DNA of 64,000 nt from Guillardia theta CCMP2712 (taxonomy: Eukaryota > Protista > Cryptophyta), in assembly GCF_000315625.1 (NCBI RefSeq), contig NW_005434549.1:79101-143100 (forward strand), given 5' to 3'. The notes below the pieces were generated by a model that worked only from the letters and a program-made list of their open reading frames with translations, had not been told where the DNA came from and searched no databases. Of the stretch, positions 39,824 through 51,206 are shown in pieces. Within the stretch, counting starts at the first letter, position 1. The number at the start of each line of letters is the position of its first letter. A program made the position numbers and the translations under genes.

Positions 39824-41640
39824 CAGCTGACGCCGAGGGCAGGAGAGCAATGAAGGCGAGTGTGGAGGAGCTGAACCTGGAGCTGGGGAAGCAAGATCAC
39901 CTGCTCCAGAGCGAGATCGATGCTGCTCTCGGCTGCAGCGTGCTGAAGTATCAGACACTGCAGGCATGGTTGAGCTCCAGTGTCGACCCGCAGGCCTCGG
40001 GAGTCGTTCTCGTCACCCAGGCTTCTCTTGATCGCCTCCCAAGGCTGGAGGCGCAGCTGCTTGCATGGAGAGGAGCTGCGTCTGTGGCCTTGTACGTCCC
40101 ATGGAGCGACCAGAGGCAAGAGACGGAAGACCGTCTGAACAGCATTCGTGACATGTACGGGCGGCTGCTGGACGCTGGAGTCGGGTACGTCGGATGCCTC
40201 TGCTGATGCTCCCGGTGATGTTTGTGGTGCAGCGGTGTAGTAGTGTCCATCCTCTTCGGAAACTCTCCGTCAGAGCACGAGTACAACAACCTCTACCCCA
40301 TCAACGCTCTGCGCAACCTCGCCCTCAACACGTCGAAGTTCTGCGCTGCTGAGCTGGTGCTCCTAGTCGACGTCGACTTCCTGCCCTCCAAGGCGTTGGT
40401 GGACAAGTGCCAGGATGAGGAGTACCTCGCAGCGATGCGGCAGGCAAGCGCGATCGGGAGCATGTACGAGCAATGACCTGTCCTCCTGCAGATGACGTCT
40501 GCAGGAAGCGCGCTAGTAGTTCCCGCGTTCGAGGTTGAGGACACGGGAGGGGATGTCCACCAGTGACGCAAGGGTTGCAGATGCAGGAGCTTGATGCAGA
40601 CGCGTCGCATCTGAGCATGGAGGAGCTGCAAGAGCTCTGCAAGGAAGGGAGGGCTGAAGGGTTCCACGTGACCAATTACCCCAAGGGACACAGTCCCACG
40701 GACTTCGAGCGATGGTTGGAGGAGGAGGACGAAGGGAGGGGGGGGGGGGGAGGGAGGACGGCGCGACGACGNNNNNNNNNNNNNNNNNNNNNNNNNNNNN
40801 NNNNNNNNNNNNNNNNNNNNNNNNNNNNNNNNNNNNNNNNNNNNNNNNNNNNNNNNNNNNNNNNNNNNNNNGGGGGGAGGAGGGAGGAGCTGCTGGTGAC
40901 TTATCCGGTGCCTCAGGTTCAGCAGCACAGAGCCTTACGAGGTGGAGTACCAGAGCAACTACGAGCCCTACGTCATCATGAGTAGCTCGATCGCATGCCC
41001 GATCATTCCTGTGACGTGTGTACGGCTGCAGATGTCAAGACTGTCCCCAAGTATGACGAGAGGTTCAGGGGGTACGGCATGAACAAGGTGAGAGAAGGAG
41101 TGAGCTGCTCAGCAACTGTGACCTCTCACTGTGACCTCTCTCGCTCACTCCCTCGCAGATCTCGCACTTGTACGAGGTCAGCAGAACCCACCGGCTGGTG
41201 GTGCTGCCACAAGTCTTCATCGCGGCCTACGAGCACGCCAAGTCCACGTCATGGGAGCGAACCTTCGGGGAGAAGAGAGACCCGGCGCATGCTGTCAGGA
41301 TCGCTGTCTGTGAGTCAAGCATGCCGGCGAAGAGGAGGCAAGGAGGTGTACTGACTGAGGGATCGCAGTGTGGGGGAGGTTCAGGCAGGAGAAGGACTCC
41401 GAGTATTCCGACAAGGTCGACCGCCTTGCTCCTGCTGTCCTCTCTTGGCCCAGCAAGAGGTCAGATCCAACTGCAGCAGTTCAAACCTCGCACGCGCTCG
41501 TGGTGTCATTCGCTCGCCGTCGGAAACCTCTGCGAATGTTCGAGAGGTCGAGGAGCAAGCTTCAGGAGCTGCTGGCATCGAGGTGCCCCAGACGCCATCC
41601 AACGCTGCTCTCAGCCGAGGCATTCTAAACAAGGCAAGTA
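39824..41640 (+). CDS. Glycosyltransferase family 49 domain (LARGE GlcA-T / B4GAT1-like), multi-exon; separate gene or C-terminal fusion to upstream CDS
   Basis: VVLVTQASLDRL...WRGAASVALYV, YPINALRNLAL, VLLVDVDFLPS (DxD), ALVVPAFE, HSPTDFERW, YEVEYQSNYEPYVI, PKYDERFRGYGMNK, VVLPQVFI...H. Confidence 0.9.
40772..40871. other. Assembly gap (100 N)
   Basis: Run of N within an intron. Confidence 1.
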
Positions 41641-42539
41641 GGATGAGGCAAGGAACCTTCAAGGCTCCTCCTCCTCCTCCTCCTCCTCCTCCTCGGTGCT
41701 CTGCTGGCCTTGAAAGTTACCAACTTGTTGCATTCGGTATTGGATGTTTGTGTCGTTGAGCTATAACCATTCGGAAGTTCGACTGAATGAGCGGAACAAA
41801 TCTTTTCTAGTAAACTGATTTTCGAACTAAAATGTCATTCTTGTTGTTGTACTGGCTGAGCCATATGTGGTACCATCGCTCGTAACAAAACGTAACTGAA
41901 ACTTGTACAAAAAAAGTCAGCGATACCTTGTCATCAAGGTACACTTACGAGGAATCAGTACAAATGACAATTATAAGTCTATACATGTTTCATAAGTCTA
42001 TACATGTTTCATAATTTAAATAGTACCAATATCTACATTCCTGGTACAAACATAGAAACAGCCACTACTCTGCTGAATAACTAAATGTTTCTATGCATCA
42101 CTACTGGTGTGTAGGGCCGGCCATATCCGCCAGCCAGGGATCGAAGTACCCCTACCCCCTCTTCTCCCTGGTACTCTCTATGTAAGACTCCGATCAGCAA
42201 CAGGTGGGTACTCCAGCACCAGCAGTGCCGTGGGGAGAAGGGGGCGGCTGAAATGTGAGAGGCCGAAGCGAAAATGCTGAAGGACTGGTCTGCCAGTGCG
42301 ACATTTGCTCGTGAATGATGCAAGGATGGCATGTTAACACCTGATTCAAACATGTTGAACATGTGACATTCTTACATTCGCTTCACCTTGCGATATATTG
42401 CTCTTTCTTGCTATCTTCAATTTGCGTCGCCGCCTTCATCTCCTTGTGTATACCTCACGATAAATAACGTGCTTGTTTGTGATCCTTGCCTGCTCTAATT
42501 CGCATGTGTTTTGCCAACCAGTCTTGGTGATGAAATTGT

Positions 42540-43400
42540 CACTGCTCTCGAGATAGAATTGAATCCTGTGGCTGATATTTCTGACAGCTTCATTTACAGA
42601 CGTTAATTCACTCACTCGCAACAAGCTGGAATTCTCTGTTGTGCACCGCAGGATCAGGGTTAGTGAACTGCATGAGAGCGTGACATCAAGGATGTCCAAG
42701 AACGTCACGAGCTTTGTCAATCAGACGGTGAATATTTTCGAGCAGCAGGGCCATGTGAAATTGACGAGATGGGGACCAGGTCCCAAACTTTGACAACAAC
42801 ATTCAGAACCCTGGCCTGATTGCAGCAATATGCTTCGGTGGTGTTATGACAGTCCTTTGGTTCTTGTGGGTGCGGGGAGGCATGCCTACGGATCATATCA
42901 TGAAGATGATAGATGAGGAGAAGAAGATGCTCGAGAGTGGGCAGCTCAAGAATACTCTTCAGAGTCAAGTCCGTCTAGGATCATCGGTACGAAAGCCTTT
43001 CTTCTCGTTGAGAACTTGTTGATTTCATGGCAGTTGCAACGAAAAGATCAGACAAGTGAGGCAATCAAACAGCAGATCCGAGATCTCGATGATCGACTTA
43101 GGGAGTTGTGTTCCGAAGACAACAACGATGAACAGGAGCGATCAGAAGCTGATGCGGCAGGAGTTGGAAACAATCATTTCAAGTATGAGACGCCATCCCA
43201 GATCAAGCTGGAGATTGCTGCGTTGGAGCGGAAGATACAATCTCATGCAGGGGGTATGAGGATGTGAAATCGACAGACACAGTCACCAATCGTGAATGAT
43301 ACGTCCCAACTGCCGAGCCTGGAGAGCCGGAGAGCCGTTCGAGTCGCATCTTGGCGCTACCAGGAACTGCCCAGCTGTCAGTCCAACTCAAATGCGACGA
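42540..43400 (+). CDS. Putative single-pass membrane coiled-coil protein, multi-exon (boundaries uncertain)
   Basis: Exon-like NPGLIAAICFGGVMTVLWFLWVRGG (TM), then MKMIDEEKKMLE / LQRKDQTSEAIKQQIRDLDDRLREL...IKLEIAALERKIQ. Confidence 0.4.
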
Positions 43401-43449
43401 ATCATGTTATGAGGGCAGCGCAGCCTTCAAGTCGGGCGATCCGACAGTG

Positions 43450-44470
43450 TAACAAGGACTCCTCTCCCGGCGGTTCCCGAGAACCGGGGGCCCGGCAGGC
43501 CGCCGGCGGCCGGTCCGTCCGTGCACCGTCGGCACTCGCCAGTGACAGGCCGCGCTGCAAACGGGCCGGGAGACCGTCCGACGGCGGGCCGCTGTGCCGC
43601 ATGCCCGCCGCCAGTGGCGCCCGCCGTGAACTTGCGCGGCTGTGACGTGACGTTATCCGTGATAGTGCCGTCGGAACGAGGTGGGCCATCCGTGAATGGT
43701 CCGATGATAAGCAAGAAGCCTTGGCTGATTTGATATGATTCATTGTCTAAGGCTTATTGTCAGTCCGGCGGGTACTATCAGTTAGGCGCCTGAGTCCCCA
43801 GCGGCGCCGTTACTCAGTAGTTATACACTGCCGACTCTCGATGCAAGAACCTCTCAGCTTCATATAATATTGAATGATTGAACCGTGATTTCTTGCCACT
43901 GAGAAGTTCAACGGTAACGGGCTCACTTACTAGCTATTAGTATCGCATCCGCCGTGGAAGTCACTAGTAGCCGCTGAGCCTGACGGACGGCAGGGCCGCC
44001 GCCGCAGCTGAGCGCGGCCCGGCCGGGCCCCGGCCGGGCCGCGTCACAGTGCCCGGGCCCCCACTGAGGGGACAGAGTCGCGGAACCCCGGGCGGCCGGT
44101 CCGGTCCGTCACCGGGGCGGGGGGGCGGCGAGTCCCGGTCCGACTGACCGTCACGGCGTACCGTACCGTCGCCTGGGCGGCGTAGCGTACGGTCACCCGG
44201 CCCCCGGGCCCCCGGCGCCCGGCGGCGCCCGGCCGGCGGCGGCGGCCGGGCCGCCCCCGCCCGGCGCCGGCGGGGTCGCCCGATGGGCGTGCCACTGCGA
44301 GTGACTGCAGCCTCCGGGTGCTGAGACCACCCGGGACCTACTAGGGCCACCGTGCCACACCGACGGTCCCAGCCTACTTGAGCCTCAGTCACAGAGTCGG
44401 CGATCCGAGCCGCTCCGGGAGCCTGAGGCGACCGTAATTGATGACTACCCGTCCGACATTCGGAGTCAAG
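43450..44470. promoter_or_regulatory. Bipartite GC/CpG-rich island
   Basis: Two GC blocks (about 43460-43700 and 43970-44470) separated by a more AT-rich spacer; shares motifs with the other islands. Confidence 0.5.
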
Positions 44471-44721
44471 CAGACCCGAAGGGGGTAGGGTACTCTCCCT
44501 CCCCCCGCAATCACCCCAGTTTGACCGCCTGCTCTGATCCTGGTCCTTCAGACTACACACAGCTGGCGCTGCTCCCTGCTAATTCCTCCCTTCCCCTCCC
44601 CCCCCGCCCCCCCCTTCCTCCCGAGTCCCCTTCTTCCTCTCTGCCACCTTCCGTCCTGATAGCTGACATCTGTCTCATCCCCTACCTCCGTTGCTGCTCC
44701 AGTCTGGTCTAGGCTTTTACA

Positions 44722-44946
44722 ATGTCCTCGGTAATCACTGCTACAAACTCTGTTTGTCCGCCATTGGAGCCTGGCTCCCTTGGTTCCATGGACAATACTT
44801 CGAGAAGAAAAGGAGTCGTCATTACCGAACGGAAATCAGACACTTGTCCTCCAGCACCAAAAGAATTCTTCGACAGTTTCTTTGGTGTTCAACATGACTC
44901 TGCACGATTGCAGACTGTGTTGTCGTTACCTGATTACATGGACTAA
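44722..44946 (+). CDS. Putative 74-aa intronless microprotein
   Basis: ATG in ACAATG context after an island and pyrimidine tract, followed by an AT-rich 3' region. Confidence 0.4.
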   Translation: MSSVITATNSVCPPLEPGSLGSMDNTSRRKGVVITERKSDTCPPAPKEFFDSFFGVQHDSARLQTVLSLPDYMD

Positions 44947-45159
44947 CAATTGCATTTCTTTTTAGTAGAGCTTGCTATCTTTGTCTATCAATGTGAACAC
45001 ATTGCCAAGTATAGAAGATAATTGCTCACCTAGTCTTTGAAAACAAACCTTCAGTTCGAATCTTCCTGTAATGGATGTTTTCGGCCAGATAAAATCCATG
45101 AATGAAGCCGGTAGCAAATAATCTGAGTTTTGCAAGAAACTGTCCTCATCTATTTCATC

Positions 45160-45211
45160 TCCCTCCCTCCCTCCCTCCCTCCCTCCCTCCCTCCCTCCCT
45201 CCCTCCCTCCC
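45160..45211. repeat. (CCCT)n microsatellite
   Basis: Direct reading. Confidence 0.95.
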
Positions 45212-45229
45212 AGCGAGGGGCCGAGTGGT

Positions 45230-45960
45230 TCTGGCGGCCCAACTTTGCCAGTTGCTCAGACGGTGAGGCTGAACCGGAAGCCAAGGGCCAGTGACCGTCA
45301 CTAGCCGCTACAGTACGGTCCGATCATGACCGTGTCCGATCACTGAGTCACTCCCTTGAACGCCTGACCGTCCGACGGTCTGGGACCCGGGCGACGGACA
45401 CAGCCGTCGGGCGCCGTCAGTGAGTGGCGGCCGCTGCGGGCGCCGCGCCGCACCGTCTAACCGGGAGCACAAGCCTTTGTTAGACTTGTACTGTGACAAA
45501 GTAATGCCGCAGACATCACTGATATCGACCTTAGTTGTAACAAGACAGTTTTTGCTCAAGACCGAGTTTAATGCACACGAAACCAGAATTGAGGAGCACA
45601 TGAGAGATAGACTGTATCCTTCTAGGATGTGGAACCCACAGGGCCAAGTATCCAGACATGAGAGGACCTTAGCAAGACGGCTAGGAAAGCCCCCTCTTCC
45701 GAGTTCGTCGCACGTACCGTACTACATTGCCGCCGCAGGCTCGAAAAACTTGCCACCGCCGTGGTAAGGGCGCACAGTGTCACACGTGGCCAGTGGCCGG
45801 GGTGCCCCTGGCCCGGCCCGCTGCACTGACGCGCCGCCCGGGACTGCGCCCGGGCCCCGGATCTCGGCCCGATCGTCGCGGCAGTCGGTGACGACTCCCG
45901 GAGCCCCGGCCGCGGCCGGGCCGGGCCGTGCCAAGTCAGCCGAGTCAGCAAGGCTGACTA
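45230..45960. promoter_or_regulatory. GC-rich island interrupted by a roughly 290-bp lower-GC segment
   Basis: CACTGAGTCA at 45341; GC blocks at about 45290-45465 and 45770-45950. Confidence 0.45.
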
Positions 45961-46280
45961 GTTGCCAGGATGGCAGGATGGGAGGACCGTACCCCTACGT
46001 CATGAGTTGAGCTACGGCACTATGATAGCGACTGGGGGCGCATCTAGAAGCCCGTCTTAAGGGGAGGTATCATGGTACCAGACCGTCCGACCAAGATAGT
46101 CGAACACGCGACGTTTGGTGAGACTGCGAGTAGCCTCCCGCGCCTTGTTAGAAGCTACCTCCCCCTCTCTCCCCTCCCCTCGCTCTCCTTCACTCAGCGG
46201 TCTACCCTTCCTTCTGAGAACGTTGACTCCCATTCTTAGCACAGTTCCCTCCTCTTTCTTGTCTCTCTCCTCTGCCACCC

Positions 46281-46667
46281 ATGACAGTTACCTCCTCCGA
46301 GCCCTGTTTTCCTTCCCAACAGCCCTGCTCTTCCCCCACCCCCGAGTCCTCCTTCTTCCAGTACTTCGGCTCTCCTTCCCTCACCGCTTGCCCGGTGTCT
46401 GACCGCCGCAGCATCTTCCTCGACTTCTCCCTCGGCTACGACGAGGCCAGTCACAGCAGGTGGATAGACGCTTACGAGGGCCTAGGAATGAAGCGGGCGC
46501 TCTGGAGCAAGATCTTGCCTGACGTGCACATCGAAGAGAGCTCAATGGAGCTAGAGCAGGAGGGAGCAGATGATGGGACGCAGACATGGACTCGGCAGGA
46601 GGAGGACAAAGGGGATAGACGAACGAGGCAGAAGCAGGAGGTTCAGAATACTGGGCCAGTGTTGTGA
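46281..46667 (+). CDS. Intronless hypothetical protein, copy A of inverted pair
   Basis: Shares a 57-aa identical core (PSQQPCSSPTPESSFFQYFGSPSLTACPVSDRRSIFLDFSLGYDEASHSRWIDAYEG) with ORF 50697-51206. Confidence 0.55.
   Translation: MTVTSSEPCFPSQQPCSSPTPESSFFQYFGSPSLTACPVSDRRSIFLDFSLGYDEASHSRWIDAYEGLGMKRALWSKILPDVHIEESSMELEQEGADDGTQTWTRQEEDKGDRRTRQKQEVQNTGPVL
46311..46483 (+). repeat. 173-bp inverted repeat, left arm (partner 50935-51107)
   Basis: Manual alignment shows one mismatch (TTC/TTT). Confidence 0.95.
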
Positions 46668-46990
46668 TGGTGCGCGCAGTAAGATTTGGCCATTTTCGAT
46701 AGAGGTATTGTGCTGTGTGAGTGGAGGGTATTGATGAGACTTGCATCGTGTAGTTGGAACGGGAAATCATTGTAAATTATTGTACAACAAGTCAAAAATT
46801 GCAAACCGTTGGTTGCCATCTTGCTTGCAGAAAGCTGGCAATGGGAGAGGGAGAAGGGTTTTAATCGCTGTTTGTTGAGGGCCTTGTGCGTGTACGGGCA
46901 TGGCAGAGGAGCAGAAGAGAGAAAGATTGGCTCTGATCAAATGCTTGACCATCCGAACGATCTTGGACGTCAATCAAATGCTTCGCGATC

Positions 46991-49900
46991 CTACTCGTGC
47001 TGCCAGACTTGTAGCTCTCCGGTGTCCATTCCAACAGCCAGCAGCCTGAGCTGAGAGGTCAAAGAAAGACATCAAAATCGTCACGCTACCGATGCGACAG
47101 CCCCAGACATCGGACCCCAGGAGCAGAGATAGTCCGCACGCACGTCCATGATCGCGAGGACCACACCTGGTGGCAGCCGTGACGTAGAGACAGCATCGCC
47201 CGACGAGGGTTCTCACCTTGACAGTAGAATCTCGACTTCCTGTGATGATCCAGGGCAACGACGTTATGATGCATGTGATGACGTCATCGTGCCCTATGAG
47301 GGTCTGTACCTTCTTCCCAGCGTTGAGATCTACAATCTGGTCCAGACGATCAGAGATGGTGTTGAAGGCCACAGATACAAGCACACTGCGACAAACACCT
47401 CCAACCCTCGACAGAGACACGTTGGTGGTCACAACAGAATTGCGAGCAAAGAAGCAAAGACGAGACGAGAACCTGCAATTGCGTGTCTGAAGCCCCAAAG
47501 ATGAGACTTCGCTCCCACGAGAGGGCGTTGATTGCGCACCCTTCCGATGGAGCAGTCTTGAAGGTGTTCTGACCGGTCAGGAGGTTCCACACGAGTAACT
47601 AGCCGCATGTCATCTGCAGTCACAGCCAGCCTCTCTGCCTCACCTCCCCTGAAAGGCTCCCGCTCACAGCCCGATCGCCGTTCCTCTGCCGTTGCTCAGG
47701 CGACAGGCACAGGGCAGGAAAGCACCTGAAGCGAGAGGACGGAGGAGGAGTGTCCTCGTAGCGTCGCGCTGCAGTCTGCCCCTGTGCCTCCCTGGAGGAG
47801 CCACGCATCAGGCATTGACGCGCTCACAGAAAAGGATAGACCTCTTTGACGTGCCAAACCTTGAGGGTTCTGTCCCAGCTAGCAGTCACGAGCCGAAGCT
47901 CGTCATCAAGGCTGATGGTCTGTGAGGAGCAGAGAAGAGCAGGAGGAGAAAAAGACCTCATGGCTGAGATGTAGTGGTCGTGGCCATCAAACGTTCCTAA
48001 ACCATGAATGATGCAAACAATTAAACAGTGAAAGTATCCACCTGTCGGCTTGCCCGTCTCAAAGTTCCAGATGCGGCCTTGGGAAAGTCAGACGTGGGGT
48101 GAGAGGACCGAGCTTCTGACCTGTTGCTTCTCCCCCTGAAGTCAGGATGCCCCTGCAGTCCCTCAAAGCTCAGTTTGTCCTCCTCTAGCCATTGTGATTC
48201 ACCTCTGCATTTCTGCACAGCGCAGATTGCTCGTGTGTCCGTGGAGGACGCGGCGACAATCCTGCAAGGCTGAAGTCACCCCATGAAAGCTAAAGGCTGT
48301 AGGAGAGAGAAGGAGGGATGGGAGAGGGGGGAGCGAGGAAGGAAGGGGAGCGCAGAGAGGTAGAGAGAGTGGCAGAATCAAATGCGGGGGAGGGGCGGGG
48401 GGGGCGGGGATGGTTGGGGGGGGGGGGGGGGGGGGGTTGGATGGGGGGGGGGGGGTACGTTTTTTGGGAGTGGTGGGGGGTTAACGAAACCTGACGTCCT
48501 GGGATCGGGCGGGAGAGAGCAGGGGAAGAAAACGGAGACCAACTGAGGAGACATTTTCTGCATGATGCCATGATGCACTTGACACCCAGTAATTTGACCA
48601 CAGTAAAGCAAAGAAGCCACGAGAGCTGGCGTAAGGGATGGGCCCTCAGATAGTANNNNNNNNNNNNNNNNNNNNNNNNNNNNNNNNNNNNNNNNNNNNN
48701 NNNNNNNNNNNNNNNNNNNNNNNNNNNNNNNNNNNNNNNNNNNNNNNNNNNNNNNTGGTCGAGAAAGTTCGACTAGCCCGGAGGTCCCGAATGCTCCACT
48801 TGACGACGTCAGGACAGTGGAAGTGGAGGGAGAGGTGAAGCTCGCGGGTGAGGTAGGAGCTGTTGCCGAAGGAGATGATGGTCACAAATATCTCCAAGCT
48901 TATGCTGGTGCGGGGGGGGGGCAACAAGTACAGGCAGAGGAGGCTCATTCTTAGATTCCACGTTCCATATCCTAATGAGTCGATCTCGCCCGCCTGGGCT
49001 GAACTCTCAGGGGCACAGCAGCAACAATCAGGTATCGACGCACCTGTGATCAACGTATCGCCCTGAAAGTTGATGTGGGTGACTCCATCGGCATGTCCAT
49101 CCACGCTCGTGACTCTCATCGCATCCCTCCTTCAGCGTCAGCCCCCGCCTTTCGCTACCGACACCGCGCACCTGGCCCAGGAGTCCAAGGGCTCCGATCG
49201 AGGGTCAAGCGGGTTGGTTGGGTTCCGCATGGAGTTGTCGTTGGACCCTGACGCTCTGTTGGAAGCCTCGCCTCCTCCAGTGTCAGAGCCTGTCAGAGCC
49301 TTGCTCTCGCACCTCTCATGCTCGGACTTGCAGGCGACGGCGCAGTCTCCTGGTGCCTATTGCCGACGTCCTTGTCTGGCAGGGGGGCTGCCGCCTTGGT
49401 AGGATTCTGAGGCAGCATGATCTGAACGAAGGAGGTCACACGACACCAGCCTGTAGCAAGAGACTTGCCGGGTCTGGAGGAGCGATCCCGATGACAAAGA
49501 AGAGCTCTTCCATGTCTGAAGCTACGTGGCCGATCACGTCCTCCAAGTCGACCAGGCTTCCGTCATTGAACCGGATTTGAGAGACAGTAACTGAGCCTGC
49601 ACCTGGAGCAAGATCAGCAGAGATGGACATGATGAGGTTGGCAGCTGCCTAAGGAGTTGTGCTTCTCATATCTCCTGGCAACATCCACGGCAAGTTCTCC
49701 GAAGGTCTGCAGCAGGAAGGAGGCTGAGCGCGAGTTTGAAAGCATCGTCTTGCAAGACTCTTAACCTGATCGTCCTTGTTACATGGAACTCGAAACTTTT
49801 GCCCGTTCACGTTCGCCACGACTCTGAGATCCAAGTGAGCAAACAAACCGCATCGAGGCCTCCGATCGCAGACGTTTGCAGGCAGCCAGCATCCACATCG
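46991..49900 (-). CDS. Par3/HAL N-terminal (ubiquitin/PB1-like) domain + WD40-repeat protein, multi-exon, spans a gap
   Basis: LRVVANVNGQKFRVPC / TFGELAVDVARRYEK / QIRFNDGSLVDLEDVIGHVASDMEELFFV. WD repeats: DGHADGVTHINFQGDTLITG, LHGHTSNLRC, LIGHDDVITCIITSLPWIITGSRDSTVK. Ends LLAVGMDTGELQVWQHE*. Confidence 0.8.
48656..48755. other. Assembly gap (100 N)
   Basis: Run of N. Confidence 1.
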
Positions 49901-50696
49901 GACACGATGGAGAGAATCTCTTAAAGACTATGTTCATCACATGCACTTCCTCCATGATCAACTAGATGACACCATTCACCTCCCTCTTCTCTTCTCCTCC
50001 TCCGCCTCCCTCCCTCTCCCTCTCGTTCATACCGCATGCTCGCCATGCTGAAATCCCCCTACTGAGAATTGCAAACACTGCCCGGAGTGCCGGGACCAGG
50101 CCCGACTGGGCATCATGTAACCGTCAACCGTAACGGTGTGTTAAGACCAAATTGAAAAGAACCTTTCAAGTAAAGTTAGTGACTCAAAGAACGAGAACCC
50201 ACTGCCTCGGATCGCTCAGTTGTGCCGGCTCCGGCGCCTTCTCCTACTTGCCTTCCTTGGCAGCCATCTGCCGGATGTAACCTCAGGCACTGATACACAA
50301 GGGTCCGAGAGGTATCGACTGATTGCCAACACCTTGGGATCGAAAGCTTGCTCTCAGTGAAGTCTACATGATGATTGCATAACTTCCAACGACTCCCGCA
50401 TACACAAACGGCCTTGGAGCGATGAATCCTTTGCAGGAGGTAGACAGCAGCATTCACAACGTCATTAAAAGCTTGTTGAGGCTGCTCATCACTACGCATG
50501 TAAACGACTCTCCGTCAACACGTGGTACATGGGTGAATTCGTGCCTTGACAACTTCCTTGTTTCGAACGCACACGTTCAAGGAGACACGCTGTCTATGTC
50601 CTACCTTGCCAACTCACTCTGCTCATCTCAAACAGACACCATCCGTAATCTCGTAGAGATGTCTCTGTGTATGAGTTTATTAAAGCTCCTATCTTT

Positions 50697-51206
50697 TCAT
50701 TGCACTTCAAATGCACACGCCTCTTGATCCCCCACACGCAAATTGACAGAGCAGGGATGCTGATCCTCTTGCACCTCCCATCCGTCACTTCCTTTCGTCT
50801 CTTCCTGTCTCGCCGCCCCTTGCCCACATCCCGTCCCTGCCTCCTCCTCCTTTTCCTCCTCGCCTTGAGTTGTACTCGCTCCGATGTACTCGACGTACTG
50901 TGAGGCCGACGACGAGAGCGCCCGCATGAAGCCCAGGCCCTCGTAAGCGTCTATCCACCTGCTGTGACTGGCCTCGTCGTAGCCGAGGGAGAAGTCGAGG
51001 AAGATGCTGCGGCGGTCAGACACCGGGCAAGCGGTGAGGGAAGGAGAGCCAAAGTACTGGAAGAAGGAGGACTCGGGGGTGGGGGAAGAGCAGGGCTGTT
51101 GGGAAGGAGGGCGATTAGAAGGAGCAGAAAGCGTCTGAGAGTGGTACATGGAAGGCAGAGAGGAGGGAGGAGCAGGCTTGCAACAATGATGCTCGGTAGG
51201 AGGCAT
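50697..51206 (-). CDS. Intronless hypothetical protein, copy B of inverted pair
   Basis: Same core as 46281-46667, with different N- and C-termini. Confidence 0.55.
   Translation of the reverse strand: MPPTEHHCCKPAPPSSLPSMYHSQTLSAPSNRPPSQQPCSSPTPESSFFQYFGSPSLTACPVSDRRSIFLDFSLGYDEASHSRWIDAYEGLGFMRALSSSASQYVEYIGASTTQGEEEKEEEAGTGCGQGAARQEETKGSDGWEVQEDQHPCSVNLRVGDQEACAFEVQ
50935..51107 (-). repeat. 173-bp inverted repeat, right arm (partner 46311-46483)
   Basis: Manual alignment. Confidence 0.95.

Noticed and set aside
41973-42013. 19-bp tandem duplication ATAAGTCTATACATGTTTC x2
   Set aside because: Simple local duplication in AT-rich 3' intergenic DNA; no evidence of function.
48380-48655. 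G-run-rich sequence next to the gap
   Set aside because: Looks like low-quality read end adjoining the N-gap; not interpretable.
50176-50727. Possible small gene between the WD40 gene and ORF copy B
   Set aside because: No consistent exon chain or recognisable domain could be built.
46311-51107. DNA transposon with 173-bp TIRs carrying the WD40 gene
   Set aside because: No transposase or target-site duplication is evident, and the arms are internal to coding frames. Kept only as an inverted duplication.
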